Part shown: positions 15,385 through 28,416 of the stretch, piece by piece
Numbering within the stretch: the first letter of the stretch is position 1
How the letters are laid out: each line of letters opens with the position of its first letter
Assembly: GCA_047495785.1 (NCBI GenBank)
Contig: JBLDXI010000009.1
Coordinates: forward strand, 5,022,001-5,086,000
DNA length: 64,000 bases
Source: Lepidodermella squamata
Taxonomy: Eukaryota; Animalia; Gastrotricha
Reading direction: 5' to 3'
The notes under the pieces: generated by a model
What the model was told of the DNA's origin: nothing
Seen by the model: only the letters and a program-made list of their open reading frames with translations
Database searches by the model: none
Position numbers and translations under genes: made by a program

Positions 15385-16132
15385 TTTTATAAATATCTTT
15401 CTTTCCCCGGTTACAACGCGTAAAAATATCTGAATGTGAGAAAAAACGATCGCCTCAGCACTGGAAAATCTGGACACAAAAATCGATCAATGATTAATGA
15501 TTATATTTCGTTCTTATACTATGTACGATTTTACCGTGCGCGTGACGCAAATGAAAGAGGTATGAATCATTCAATTTCCGGTTTTTTGACCTTGGTCTGG
15601 GAAAATGGCGGTTTTTAATTACTTGTTTATGTGAGTGCACACGCTAAATTTAGCGGTCCATCACTAAATTTAGGGTTCCCGTACTACATTTCTAGGAATT
15701 ATGGTCCTGTCGAGTTGAAATCTCAATTTGTTATTGAGAAGCTCAATCGATATACACCTATATCTCAATATTATTTTGCGTAGTTTGCACAATTTATGCT
15801 AATTTCGTGGTCAGCAGTAAGCGTTTCAGCTGTCAAAGCCGATATCGATTTCCAGTATCGCGCTTCTCACAAATCGCTGATTTTTCCGATATCATCAGCA
15901 TAAAAACACAGTGTCGAGTAGTAACAATTTCGAAGATGCAAAGATACTTGAACCTTATGTAATTTCTGAGGTAAAAAAATATGCACACCTCAGTCATGTC
16001 AAGTTTTATTGGGCAATCGGGCATTATTCCGCATTTGAGGCAAATGATACAGGGAATATATAACAACACGAGTATCAGCACTGCTGCGTTATTGAGTTAC
16101 TTCCGATTTTGATAAAAGTTCATTTGTTATCG

Positions 16133-16554
16133 TCATCCGTTGTAAGCGCTTGAATATCGGCTGCTTTCAGACGGGTTTCGCCGGTACATGAAAGCGGCGA
16201 AAATGATATTCGGCCGATGCCCGAAGTTGTATCTATTCTGAAATCAAAGCGGAATAAATCAAAAATTAAATTTTCGAATTCACATTTGACATGATGATGA
16301 TAAATCCGCGGCTCCTAATTAGATTTAAAATTAAATTATTAAAAATTTCCCAGATGTGGAATAATTTTTTTCTGAAATTTCCAAATTACGAAAAATCTCT
16401 CGTAATTTTTGTGCCTTGGATTAGTTTAGGCATGCGTTTAAAATACCAATAATTGAATAGACTGGGACCTATGACGTACCACTTTTCCAAGATAACTTTC
16501 GTTGCCATGCAGGCCCCGGTGGACAATGAGCGGCCGAGCAATAAAAACGCCCAT
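16133..16554 (-). CDS. Microprotein C (59 aa); exons 16554-16480, 16237-16133
   Basis: MGVFIARPLIVHRGLHGNESYLGKV|NRYNFGHRPNIIFAAFMYRRNPSESSRYSSAYNG*; gtacgt donor, atttcag acceptor, phase 0; exon 2 aligns with exon 2 of D (N.Y..G..PN..YRRN). Confidence 0.65.
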
Positions 16555-16960
16555 GTTAAAAGTAAAAACAATATAGCCGAGTATGTCAAATGCAATGTAT
16601 AACAGACTGTGACTGCGTGGAATTTTTAAACCCAGCAACTGTGAAATTCTGATGCGCACGTAAAATCGTTCATAAGTCGCTAATTTTCGGTCAAAAATCA
16701 ATAGCTTACGCCATTTTGTATCGTCGCTATCCTGTGTTCATAGTGCATAGGTAGACTGAGTGCTGACGCACTTGCGGCATTAATCGAGCTACCTCGGCGG
16801 ATTACAAGTCAATCAAGTTTAAAATCAGGAAGTGGCCTTGATGCTTTCCACGGGGAAATGAAGGTTAAATTTAGCCAGCCATGGGTGATTAAATTTTTTA
16901 TTAAAATTTCGTGATTATTAGATACAGGTGCAATTAAAATTATAATTTGGGCCCGCTCCT

Positions 16961-17238
16961 GTTAGCGGAACCAAATTTACCGTTGCGGACCTAAATTTTA
17001 GGATATTGATTGGCCCCGAAACCAACTTTCGGAACTTCTAAAGGATGATATTCTAGACCATTGTAATAATAAATAATAAATTCAGCGCAAAAATCTGTGC
17101 AAGACTTCGCGTCATCCACTTTAGAAATTATTTGTTGACCCAATTTCTGAAAATTATTTGAAAATCAACCTTTGGGACATTTCGACTTAAGCTCCCCGCA
17201 AGATGCAAATTTGGTTCCGCAAATTTGGTCGGTTAGCT
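16961..17238. mobile_element. MITE-like repeat with imperfect terminal inverted repeats; related partial copy at ~14925-15150
   Basis: gcggaaccaaattt at left versus aaatttggttccgc at right; 14925-15080 shares gttagcggaaccaaattt and taaattcagcg.aaaa.tctgt. Confidence 0.55.
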
Positions 17239-17379
17239 TTATGCAAATCAAAACCTCAAGTTTCAATTATTTTCTTAATCGCAGTTTTCAAGCATTTTTG
17301 GCACATTTTCATTTTATTTTTTTACTTTATTTCAATACAGCATCATTGGATTTTATTGAGAGATGTAATATAGTTTTTG

Positions 17380-17929
17380 TTAGTCGAAAGAGCCGAATGA
17401 CGATAGCGAGCCGAACGAGCCGTGGTGGTGCAGGCCCATGCCGATGGCGCCGCCGATGATGGCGCCCTCGACGAACCCACCGCCGCCGCCGTAGTAACCC
17501 GGCGCGCCGTAGTAGCCAGGGTGTCCATAGTAGCCGCCGTCTGCGACAACAACAGTCGGTCCAGCCACGACAGCTGGAGGGCCAGGATAGGCGACCTAGA
17601 CGAGAACAAAAAATAAATATTAAGGTTACGAATAAAAAAGATGAGCCACCAGATTATTGAAAAAAAAGAAAAATCGTTAATTCAGAATTTAAATTTCAAA
17701 ACAAAAACGGAAAGTCAATCAAATCGTCCCAAAAATAGATAAATTTTCCAGAATTATAGGACTTCAACTTGAATAGGCTAACATGATTTCAACAATTTTT
17801 ATTGAAATTGTCCTTGAAAGTCTATAAATTTCAGCGAAAACTAACTGGTCCTTGAACAGGATAATGTGAATGAATGGCGTCGTGGGGGTGGTGATGGGTT
17901 ATAATAGGTCTAGGCATACAACAGCCCAT
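17380..17929 (-). CDS. Microprotein B (99 aa), Pro/Gly/Tyr-rich with glycine-zipper-like tail; exons 17929-17846, 17595-17380
   Basis: MGCCMPRPIITHHHPHDAIHSHYPVQGP|VAYPGPPAVVAGPTVVVADGGYYGHPGYYGAPGYYGGGGGFVEGAIIGGAIGMGLHHHGSFGSLSSFGSFD*; gttagt donor, tctag acceptor; GC-rich exon in AT-rich background. Confidence 0.8.
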
Positions 17930-18926
17930 AAAACCTTGAATAATAGTTCAAATAATAGTAATCTAAAATAAATGAAAAAATCGTAAAAGATTGGAGTCAA
18001 AACATTTTAGTACAGTTGTTTAATTTGTCGCAGGTTATATTATTTTTAAATGTCACATTTAAGCGCCTCGATTACTTTTTATTATACCTACAGGCCAGTT
18101 CATGACAACATGAATAATTCTAAAAACGCATGAATCACGATGTGAACGGTGTGAATAAAACTAGTTTGCCAGGTAATGAGGATTAAAAACCCCATGTTTT
18201 ATTGGATAATTAACAAATCACGTATATCGTTATTTCTGGCGCAATCCGTTCATTATAATGCTACGCTAATGATTCATAGCTTTGGGGGCACAATGGCTGT
18301 ATTTACTCCGGCTCTTCATTCCCGCTGGAGTAGGTATATACGATAGGTAATATTAGATTTCGCAACAGGGTGACTACAAGGAGCGATATCATGCATGTGA
18401 CCTGTATTTTTTACACAATAAAATCCGGGGTCACAAAGGCATCGAACTTTCATTATTCGTGCTTCTTGGTTAGAATTTATGGAAACTTGAATCCTATATG
18501 AACTCGATAATACTGATGTGTTTCTTGGCAGTGGTATAATTCCGATAATGATATATCAGCGGGCTGGCTAATGGTATATAAACCGTATTTTCTCCATTGG
18601 CAAACAATGCGTGCCAGTTAATAAGCAAGTTCTGGCAGACAAAAAATTATGCACCAATCGATAGTTATCGAATTTTTCTGGCCCGCACAAATTGATGGTC
18701 ACGGATTCGTACCAACACCAATGCTCTCGATTGAATCGTAAAAATATTCAAAAAAAATTAACAATTTGGGTTTGGATAAATCAAACTTTCAAAGCTAACC
18801 GAAAATTTAGTTAGAATTAATTTAAATTAATTTCAAAATTTTCAAACGATTCAGGCATATTTTGCCATGTATCAAAATTTGTTTATGATTTTTTTTTAAT
18901 TTTCAATAATGAAAAACACGACATAC

Positions 18927-19007
18927 CGGTGCTTGGACGGGATAAGGCGTGTTGATGGCGGCATGGGGATGGTGTACGATAACAGGCCTTGGCATACAAC
19001 AGCCCAT
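18927..19007 (-). CDS. Microprotein A first exon (duplicate of B exon 1), probably an alternative first exon splicing to 17595
   Basis: MGCCMPRPVIVHHPHAAINTPYPVQAP followed by gtatgt phase-0 donor; no separate exon 2 recognised between 18926 and 17930. Confidence 0.7.
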
Positions 19008-20359
19008 AAAATTTAGTTATATAAAAGATACTCTAACTCAAAATAGAATAAAAAAATTGAAATTGTCGTGCAGAAACGCGACAGAAAATTTAGATGAAAG
19101 ATGACTGATGCCAAAAGCTAATACAAACACTATATGTTTAACCTGTCCCTGGTTCAATAATATTATCCGTCGTAATATGATTCGTATAGTAGCGAGTAAA
19201 AAAACACAGCTAGGAATCTGCGATGTGTAATAGTAATTTGTGATGAATCGGCATTTTAGCGTAGAAATTTGTAGAAAAAAAGCTGCGATGGGCCGAAACT
19301 GCGACGGCGCCGCAGCGTCATTAATAATGCATGGCATAAGACGTGTCGATTGTATTTTTTTGTCATCGAAGCGATGAATAATATCGATGATTTGTACATC
19401 AGTATATATAAGAGGAAATGGCAGTTTTTCATGGCGCAAACAAGGTTAAAAATTACTCTGACCTTTACAATGATTACTCATAATAAAAATAAGGTGACTA
19501 TGGAAAAAAGGCATTCATCCACGCACCATAGATTTTGCTCAGTAAGGTGAGATGGATTTTTTCCGCGGGGAACAATAAAAAAGCCGCAATAACACTGCGC
19601 TATGAGGTTTGGCACATGAGTACGGCACATCCTGGCAAATGTTTATCGAGGCGATTGAGTGCTAAACGAGAGGTGAAATTTACATATTATTATTTAAATT
19701 TCGAAACACGATTTGCAAGGTGAATCGAACTGAAGTCGCAACAGGCCTGGCACCTAATTGCAGCCATGACTTTCTTGGCTACAACCTTTAAATTTCATTA
19801 GCTGAATTATCTCTATAATTCTAATGTAATAAGGAAGTTCCGATGCTGCCGGCTGAAGTGTCGCTGGCTGCATTGTCATGCATGAGAGTCGCTCATCCCA
19901 TGTTTTACTTTACATAATTTTACTTGCGCGAAGAAACGAAATTCAATCCACAATTCTTCAAGGCAATAATTGTCAATTTTTGAGATATTTCATGGTGTCA
20001 AGGACTCAGGCCCTTTCGTTGTGGTGTTGCGGCCTCTGATCGAAAGTTCCAACAGGGTTCAGTATTCGCACAAAGTTGAAATTTCCAGCTTTAATTAAAT
20101 GTAATTTAATTAAATGTGAGTTTTCACCGATTTCAGGTTTCTTAAATCCAAGATCCGTTGTTGGATTGCTTCTATTTTCTTCTATTTCTTCTATTTTGGC
20201 TACCTATTATGAACAATTTTCGATGTTAGCTCCTGTGCAGCTGTAAACGGAAAATCAGTGGTCCTACTCGGTCCAGCTTTCAGAGGGATAAATCGAGCAT
20301 TTTGAGCCCAACCGGGTAAAATACCGAAAATTACCGAACCAGTTACCATCGGGGGCTTC

Positions 20360-20485
20360 CGGGTTTCATCCGGTAAATTTTTTATTTCTTCGGTTAAATC
20401 GCGGATAAAAGATGGAATATTCTCTCGTTTGGTTTAATTTAATAAAGTTAGCTGAATTTCCTACAAAAAGTTGCTAAATTAAAAA
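20360..20485 (-). repeat. Dispersed repeat, inverted homolog of ~7490-7615
   Basis: gagagaatattccatcttt.atccgcgatttaaccgaagaaat occurs at ~7547 (+) and as reverse complement at ~20385-20427. Confidence 0.7.
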
Positions 20486-21536
20486 AATAGCAGCGCAACT
20501 TCTGGGACACGCTGTAGCGATCGGCTCGGCAAGACGATAAGAAAATCAAAGTTCTATTCGGGAAATGTAAATTTCAATAAACCATATCTTGGGAAAATCT
20601 AATCCTCGACCTTTATTTTTAGCCGTGCACTTGTCATGCCTCAGTTGATTTTATCGCATATTCGCCCCTTATTGATTGGTTGACAGACGTGATTACCTCA
20701 GATTGGCACGATGAAAAAAGCAACGATCTTCGCGGGTATCCGGTAGAGAATTCACTCTTCACCTAGTTTCTTTCTTTGTCAATAAGCCGGAAAATTGTCA
20801 CTTTGTTCCTATCTCGCTTTAATGCATTTGTATGTTTTTTAGCGCGTAGCAGAAAAAAACCGCGCACCTGCAGTTGTTTTATTATTATTATTAAGGCCTG
20901 CTAATAACTGCGGCATCGAACATGCGACACACGACACGTATAGAGTCGTCGTTTTTTATGCCCTTGGCGTGCATTCATATATTGAAGACGTGTGTGTTTG
21001 CATTTGTAGGCTCATACACTGATATATGTATTGTATGTATATGTGCTTTTTTAATACGTATAGATGAATTTTGCTTATAGACTTCACAGGTTTTCTGAGG
21101 GTGAATTTATTCACTTAAGCGGCACCAATAAAACAAAAATTCTGAAAACATGTTCTTGAATTCCCTGCAAATATTAGCCAAATCATTTATTGAGAAATCG
21201 CAGGCCGGGAGCCCTGCCATAATTTGTAAATGAGGATCCGCTTTTATTAACTATACCGACCTTCATTTCCTTATCACAACCCTATCATTGGAATGAAAGT
21301 GGCCTACCTATAAATGATTCCTATTTCAAAATTTGTTTATTACGAAAAGTTGTGCCTTGAAAATCAATTTGACCCATCAGATCAACTATCCTGCAATTCA
21401 AGTGATTTTATGACATTTTTTCAGTCGTAGATAGATTTTAGAAAGATCTCTCTCTTTACCGTAAACTAATGAATTTCCGATAGCGCTAGTTGAGTCCTGA
21501 CTAGACAGCATCCTTTCTCCACCGAGCCCAATTACT

Positions 21537-23942
21537 ATGGCTAATATGTCTCAATGGAAAGTTTACTGGACGAAGTTCGCTCGAAAACACCAACCCCGCT
21601 TGAGGGACATGTTCCCCATCATCAAATGGCTACCAAAATACAAGTAAGCTCATCCTTTCACTTAATGGTAACCTCAACTTAATTTTCATGGTTACAGGCT
21701 AAGTAATGTTCCTTACGACTTGATTGCTGGTGAGTTTCGACTTTTTTCGTCGGTTTTTGTTATATTTTGATCATTTTTTAGGGATCACTTTGGCTTTAAC
21801 CATGCTACCGACTTCTTTGGTAAAGTCAGTTCTCAGCTTTCAGCCATATTTTGATAGTTGTGTCAACTAGGCTTTCGCGCAAATGGCATCACTCCGCCCA
21901 GAATATGGTCTCTACAGCTGCTTCCTTGCTCAACTAGTTTACATCTTCATCGGAACTAGCAAAGACGCCGTAATCGCCCCGTCAGCCATCAACTCAATGC
22001 TAATGGGTCAATTCAACGCGGAAAACCCGCTATGGCACGAAGGCGATGGAACTTACGCTTGCATCTTGGCGTTCTTCAGCGGGTTAACACTTTTCCTTAT
22101 CGGCTTTTTGAAACTCGGATTCATAGCGAATCTTTTTTCGACTCCAGTCATCACTGGGTTCACAGCCGCAGCTTGTCTCTGCACGATTTCGTCGCAACTC
22201 AAGTCATTCTGTGGACTGAGCAGTGCTCCTAATGAATCTCCAGCCGCTTTTGTTAAGCAAATCAAGAATGTCTACGATAGGTGGGACGAAAGGAAGGATT
22301 GGGACATCTACTTTGGCATTTCATCCCTAATCTTCCTATTCTTCATTGAATACTCATACAAGTTGACTGAGTTCTACCTGAAAAGGCGGCCTGAACCCCC
22401 TACCAATTGGGGTAGGAAGTTCCAGAAGTATGGAATGGAAGCGTTTAGGATAGTTGCTTCCAGCCGCAGTATCATTGTCTTCATTCCAACCGTGGCAATT
22501 GCCTACCAGTTAACAGTTCTTCACCAAGATTACGAGAAGAACATGACAATTGTTGGCTACATCAAGCCAGGGATACCCGCAGGTCGTTTCCCAGTTATGA
22601 CACTTTACAACAACTCAGCTGATCAAAATGGGACTAAGGAAGTATTACAAACTACTGGAGAGGTTTTCGAGAAACTATCGTCAGCTTTAGCTATAATGCC
22701 TATAATGCTAATGGTCGAGCTATTTGCGATTCTGAAAGCGTTAGGCCAGAGGAATGGCTATAGGATCGAGGCGACCAATGAGTTGATAGCGATAGGCATC
22801 GGCAATTTCATCCAGTCTTTCATTCAAGGTTTCCCGGTGACGGCTGCCACTTCACATTCCTCCCTGAACTCGCAATGCAGGGTCAGATCGAGCTTAAGTA
22901 CCATCCTCTACATCATTTTGATCCTTATTGCTATCCATGAGATGACTGATATCATCAAATACGTGCCAAATGCGGTCCTTTCAGCTATCTTAATCTCAGC
23001 TGTTCACAATTTGATCGATTATAGAACTGTTAGTTGTTGCTTTCGGTGATTCCTGACTAATTTTATGTCTTTATAGGCTATCCGAATCTTCAAAATGCAT
23101 AAACTCGACTTTCTCATGATGCTTTTCACATTTTTCATGTGCCTATTCTACGAGCTTGCCCAGGGAGTGTTGATATCAGTCCTAATCAATATGGTAAGTC
23201 CTATTATCGCCTGGAAACATACGTCTAATTTAGTATTCCTTCCTAGCTCTTCTTTTTAAGGCCTATCATTCGAATGGATGCTTCCGTTTCGCATGAAATG
23301 TTGGAGGTGAAACAAGGTGGAGCTCCTGAGGATTCTGTAACTATAATTCAGCTTTCACATGGGGTAAAATACCCATCAGTTGAGCGATTCATCGATAGGA
23401 TGACACAACTGCTGTCAAGTGACTACAAACACATTGTTATCGACTGCCGTTTTGTAACTGGCATCGACTTCACGGGACTACAGGCGTGGCAAGCTTTCTT
23501 CGAAATGGTCCATATTAAGCAGAAATACGTGATTTTCGCGAATTTACGCAACTCAGTCCGCAGGCAGCTGGAGGAAATTGGCCTGGAGAATTTCCAATAC
23601 GTTGCCAATGTCGAAGAAGCTGTCCATGAGCACAACAGTGAGAAAACGGCGAGTTTACACGAGAAAACGCTGCTGGAGTCAAACAAGAAGTTGAGCAGCC
23701 TGATTTCCATCATTTCCACTCCTGGCCAGCAGGCCCCAGCCACCCCGGAAGATTATGGCGCCTTAGCGTTGGAAAACGCCGCGACTAGTGGTGCTAATCC
23801 ATTTGTCAGTAACAAACGAGCGAGAACCTCAGGCCTCTACAGCACTTTTGTCGATGAGGAGGACGAGGATGATGACGTCGTAAAAATCATGTCTTACCAG
23901 CCTCAAGTGTCCGGGAATTCGATCAGTTTTATCAAGCTTTAG
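21537..23942 (+). CDS. SLC26/SulP anion transporter (SLC26A11-like) with STAS domain, second paralog (about 6 exons)
   Basis: MFPIIKWLPKY exon at 21537-21643, small exons PYDLIAG / ITLALTMLPTSL, GLYSCF, PVITGF, NELIAIG, VPNAVLSAILI, STAS IVIDC..IDFTGLQAW. Confidence 0.93.
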
Positions 23943-24170
23943 TACACACATTACACTCTTGTTTTTCAAACTACATAATTTTTTCTTGAATAAAATGACG
24001 AACGAAGCACTTGGCCATCTGCGGTTTTATCAAAAAATTAGCCACTCAGTGGCGCAGTGGACAAGAAATGTGCGATAAGATAACCCTAGAAGCAGTCAAT
24101 TAGCGCCGCGGTTCGCTGGGAGAATGCACTCGCCTCGCAAAGGTGAAAAGCACGACTCCAATTTTTTGCA

Positions 24171-25079
24171 ATGGCCAAAATGTATTTCACATTTGACAAT
24201 ATCCCAAACATGACGTTAACACCAGAAATAAAGGCGGTAGCCAACAATTTGGTAATTTCTCTCTACCTGAAAGATGAATGCTGACTTTATCCAATTACAT
24301 AGGTGTTATCTCAGGGCGAAGCGATGAGTTCTGCCGCGGAAGTTGGAGATCTTAATAAAATTAGGCGAATTCTGCAAAGGATCGAAGCCAAATTACCTCC
24401 TGAAGTCTCAGCTGCTGCTCCGTCTTGCCTCCCTTTCTCTTGGCTGAAACTGCTCGATAAAAGGGCCGTTGATAGCCTTACCTCCACACCTCTCATCGTT
24501 GCGGCTATGAATGGCCATCTAGATGTGGTCCAATTTCTGGTAAATGGTCTAGATGCTGATGTTTACGCTCGAGATCCTACTACCGGAGCCATGGCTGTTC
24601 ACTTCGCAGCGAGCTGTGGCCATGTATCGATTGTGCAATTCCTAATCCAGCTGAGGCCGGATATGTTGGATGCTCATAGCTGCAATAATGGGACTCCCTT
24701 ATGCCATGCTGTGAAAAGCCGTCAATTAGCTGTTATTCAATACCTGATCGATTCAGGGGCAAATTTAGAGGCTGAAGGGCTAAATAGCCGGCATCCTTTA
24801 CATCTAGCTTGTGGTTATGAAAATGCGAGTCTCGAGGTTGTAAAAACCCTGGTTGAGGCTGGCGCTAACATTCGAGCAGTTGACAAGTCGCCATTCGAAG
24901 TCATGCCAGTACATTTAGCGGCTTACTACGGCCATTTGTCGATCGTTGAGTATATTCTAGATCGAGATCCTACTCTGGTGAACCAGAGGAGTAAGCATAA
25001 CTTGACACCGCTAGACTGTGCCAAGAGGCAGAATCAAATTACGATAGTAGATTTTATCAATAGCAAGTTCAAATCGTAA
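24171..25079 (+). CDS. Ankyrin-repeat protein; exons 24171-24251, 24303-25079
   Basis: About six ankyrin repeats (TPLIVAAMNGHLDVVQFLV, TPLCHAV, HPLHLAC, PVHLAAYYGH, TPLDCA); phase-0 intron. Confidence 0.9.
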
Positions 25080-25805
25080 GCGTTGCACACTATTGAAATA
25101 AAATGTGACCTTGCTTGACGGAGGATTGCTTGTTGAACAAGAGATTTCAAAGGTTTGATAGCACAGAGTCTTGGATATTAGCGGCATGATTTTCTGTTGA
25201 GAGCCCTTTTCGTGACTTATTGCGAATTTGACAGACAAATCACCTGTTCATCAGTACAAGAAGACCTTCAATTTGACAGCTGATTTTATATCACAAGAGC
25301 GCTGGACCGATCTTTAATTTGTCTTAGGGCCCTTGGTTGATTTCAGGTGTCATATCGGCACTGATTTTGAACGCTAAGAAATTAATTCACCTTAAAAATC
25401 GAGATATTTATTTGTCATTGCATTTGCATTTGACATTGCTTACGAAACTTCTGCTTCCTGGTTAAATGGAAACTGATATAACATTGATGTAACATTGATC
25501 ATTGCCTGTGAACTTTAATTACCACGTCGCGACGGGTTCGAGCTAGACTTAAGAAGAAATCAGCAGCTGATCTTGAGTTGGGTTCATAACAGTCCGGTGA
25601 TTCGCTGTATCAAAAATCCAGAGGTGCGTGCGAGAAGACGTCTGTTTCGACTTAATACGGGGCACGGAAGTTTGATTATACTGGTAATTATGGCGGTCGA
25701 GGAATCTCAAGCCGCGACGTCCCTCATTAAAAGATATGTTCGCAATACCGGTGACAGCTCGAAGATAAGCATTTAGAATTATTTCGTTTCGAAAGCAACG
25801 TTAGC

Positions 25806-28416
25806 ATGATTTTTCTAATTTATGCTTTGATAATAATAATGCCTTCTATCAGTGCGGGAAAATTGAGCCTCAACACACCACTTACCAATCATCGAATTTT
25901 TTCATCAACGAACAAAAAAGTCGATCAATTGAAGTTGACTTTGAACGTTCACATGAACTATGGTATAAGGCTATATTTCCTTCTATGCAAACATACAATT
26001 TATCTTATGAAAAACAGGGGGTGTCTTGTTTCCAGCTGGTCCCATTTATACCGAACCTGCTAGGATAGCTCTTGATATCATTGAAAAGGCTCAACTGCTG
26101 CCCAACTTCAAACTAACATTGGAAATATTCGACGACGAGGTCAGTCTTCGATCTGCAAAAAAACCGAAAGTATTTTTTGTTCAAATTTTTTCTCAGTGCG
26201 ACGCTCGTCAGTACCCGAAAGCCTTTTTCAAAGAAATTGTCACGGTTGACGAGAATAATGGACCGAACAAAGTTCCTTTCTACATTGGATCGGGTTGTAC
26301 CAATGCTTATGCGAATCTAGCGTCTCATGAAAACATGACAACGGTAATAAAAAAGACCCCCATGTTATTGCACAAATAGCAAATGTGTAACAAGCAACCA
26401 AATTCTTGATCTTTGATCCACTTTGTCTGGTTTAATTATTCCACTTCCATGTATCCATAGATGTCGGTCATTAGCGGTGATGCCAAGTATTTCTATGGCC
26501 GCCATGACAACGCTTTGGTTATGATGCCGTATCAAGACATCTTTTTCGAAGCCGTGCTGAACTTTGTAGCAACAATCGGCTGGAATTATGTCTTCTATTC
26601 ATGCGAAGCCACGGAATACTACTTGAAGTCTGACGCTATAATTGTAGAGAAAGCTAAACAACTCAAGGTTCACGTCGAATTCGCGCCAAAATTCACATTC
26701 TATCAGGGCCAGTTTGCGAACCTCGCCGATATAAGGCCAATTCTTAACGAGCTGAAGGAAAGAAATGCACGAGTTATTATATTCAATACAAAAGCCGCGG
26801 CTGTCGTTGCTTGCATTCTGCACGAGATCGGCATGTATGGCCCGGGATACGTTTTTCTGATGAATGCCGTTACAGCTTTCATGCCAAGTTCGCCGATTCG
26901 TTTTCTCGTTCCGGGGTGTACAGAGCAAATGTTGTATGAAGTTCTGAAGAACGTAATTTTCTTCGGTCACGCATCGATATCGAATGTTGACGAAAATCGC
27001 ACTGATTCATTTGGCATGTCTATCAAGCAATTCGATCAAATGATGAAAGACCGCATCGATAGACCCGAAACCTCGACTCTGTGGTGGTACTATCGGGCAT
27101 CCTACTACGACATGGTCCTACTAACAGCAATAATGCTCAACAGAACTGAGACTGCGCTGAATTCTCGAAATGACTCATTGATAAACTGGACATTAGGATC
27201 TCAGAATCTGCAAAATCGCGGTAGGGAAATCAACAATATCATGGTAGAGAATATGAAGAAGTTGAAGTTCCACGGGCTGTACGTTGAAATGGTGGATGAA
27301 TCTGATTGGAATTCTATAGCTGGGACAACGGCTTTCTACCAAGTTCAGGATATCCCAGGTGTCTCTCTGAATAACAGCCTAGGGCTATCTGGGCGTCAGC
27401 GGAAAGCAGCTGTTGCAACTTTCGATTCCAGAAAACCAGGGGCAATGTTGAAGTTAGGGCCCGAAAAACTTGTCTGGCGAACTCCGCAAGGTCTTCCTCC
27501 TAAAGACCGTATCAAGGTTATCGACGTTTCAGTGCCATTCATTTCGTTCAGTACAGCGATTCCTCTTTCTACAATAGCTGCAATTCTGGTCTTAGTAAAT
27601 ATCGCCCATCTAGTCATGAATTCGCATAGAATTGCGAATGATTCAAAGGATCTGAACGCTTTCAGCGGAGCGGGAAATTTCGCAATATTGATTTTTGTTC
27701 TGATAACTGTCAACGAAGAAGTCGCCAGAAAGGATGTGCATCTTCGCTTCATGATTGCCTGGCCACTGGTAGCTATAGGGACTGCGGTATTAATTGTGAT
27801 CATTATCGCAAAACTCAGCGTTGGACGGTCTTTATCATATAAATCCACAGTGGCTAGAAAAGAAACTTTTCGGTTTGGGGCTGTGTCAACTACGGTGAAA
27901 CCTCCGGTGCCAAGCAAGAAAATCCGTGAAAGGTTTCGATTTATGATTGCATTATTAGTTGTATCTTACGCTATTCTATTTCTGATTTGGTTCCTTATCG
28001 AACCTTTGCGGTCAGAGCCTCAATTTTCCGAGCCATGGGTTGACGAAACTGATATAAGTCAGCATTACAGAGAAGTCACTCTCATTTGCACATTTGGTAG
28101 CTCAGATTCAATTGCCAAATGGTTCATCGCCGCTATTATTGCCTCGTCCGCTCTGCTACTCCTCAAAGCTCTGCTTCTAGCAGTTGGCTTAAGAAAAGTT
28201 GATCTATCAAGCCAATCTACCGACGTTATCATGGCTAGATCATTGGCATTTTGCTTTGTAATTCTGATCCCTTCCGGAATTCTAGTTGTTGTGGCGTTTT
28301 TTGGTAGGACTGCTCAGACTTTTGCGATAGGTTCCAGTGTCATCGCCGTAGTTATTGCATCGATCAATACATTTGCTCTGCTATATTCGAATCGTAATAA
28401 TCGCTTAGCAACATGA
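25806..28416 (+). CDS. Class C GPCR, GABA-B-receptor-like, copy 1; exons 25806-25962, 26018-26139, 26197-26343, 26461-28416
   Basis: Signal peptide; Venus-flytrap/ANF-receptor features (LLPNFKL...DDECD, IGSGC, LKERNARVII, GMYGPGYVFL, YD); P.D linker without Cys-rich domain; seven hydrophobic helices with W...EPL and LA..LRKV. Confidence 0.85.

Noticed and set aside
24041-24120. tRNA-like A box (tggcgcagtgg) and partial B box; similar at ~49466-49517 and ~60283-60330
   Set aside because: No cloverleaf or acceptor stem could be formed; at most SINE relics
26599-27917. Minus-strand ORFs overlapping GPCR exons (also 31364-31693, 35520-35714, 38890-39153)
   Set aside because: Antisense shadows whose similarity is inherited from the + strand paralogs
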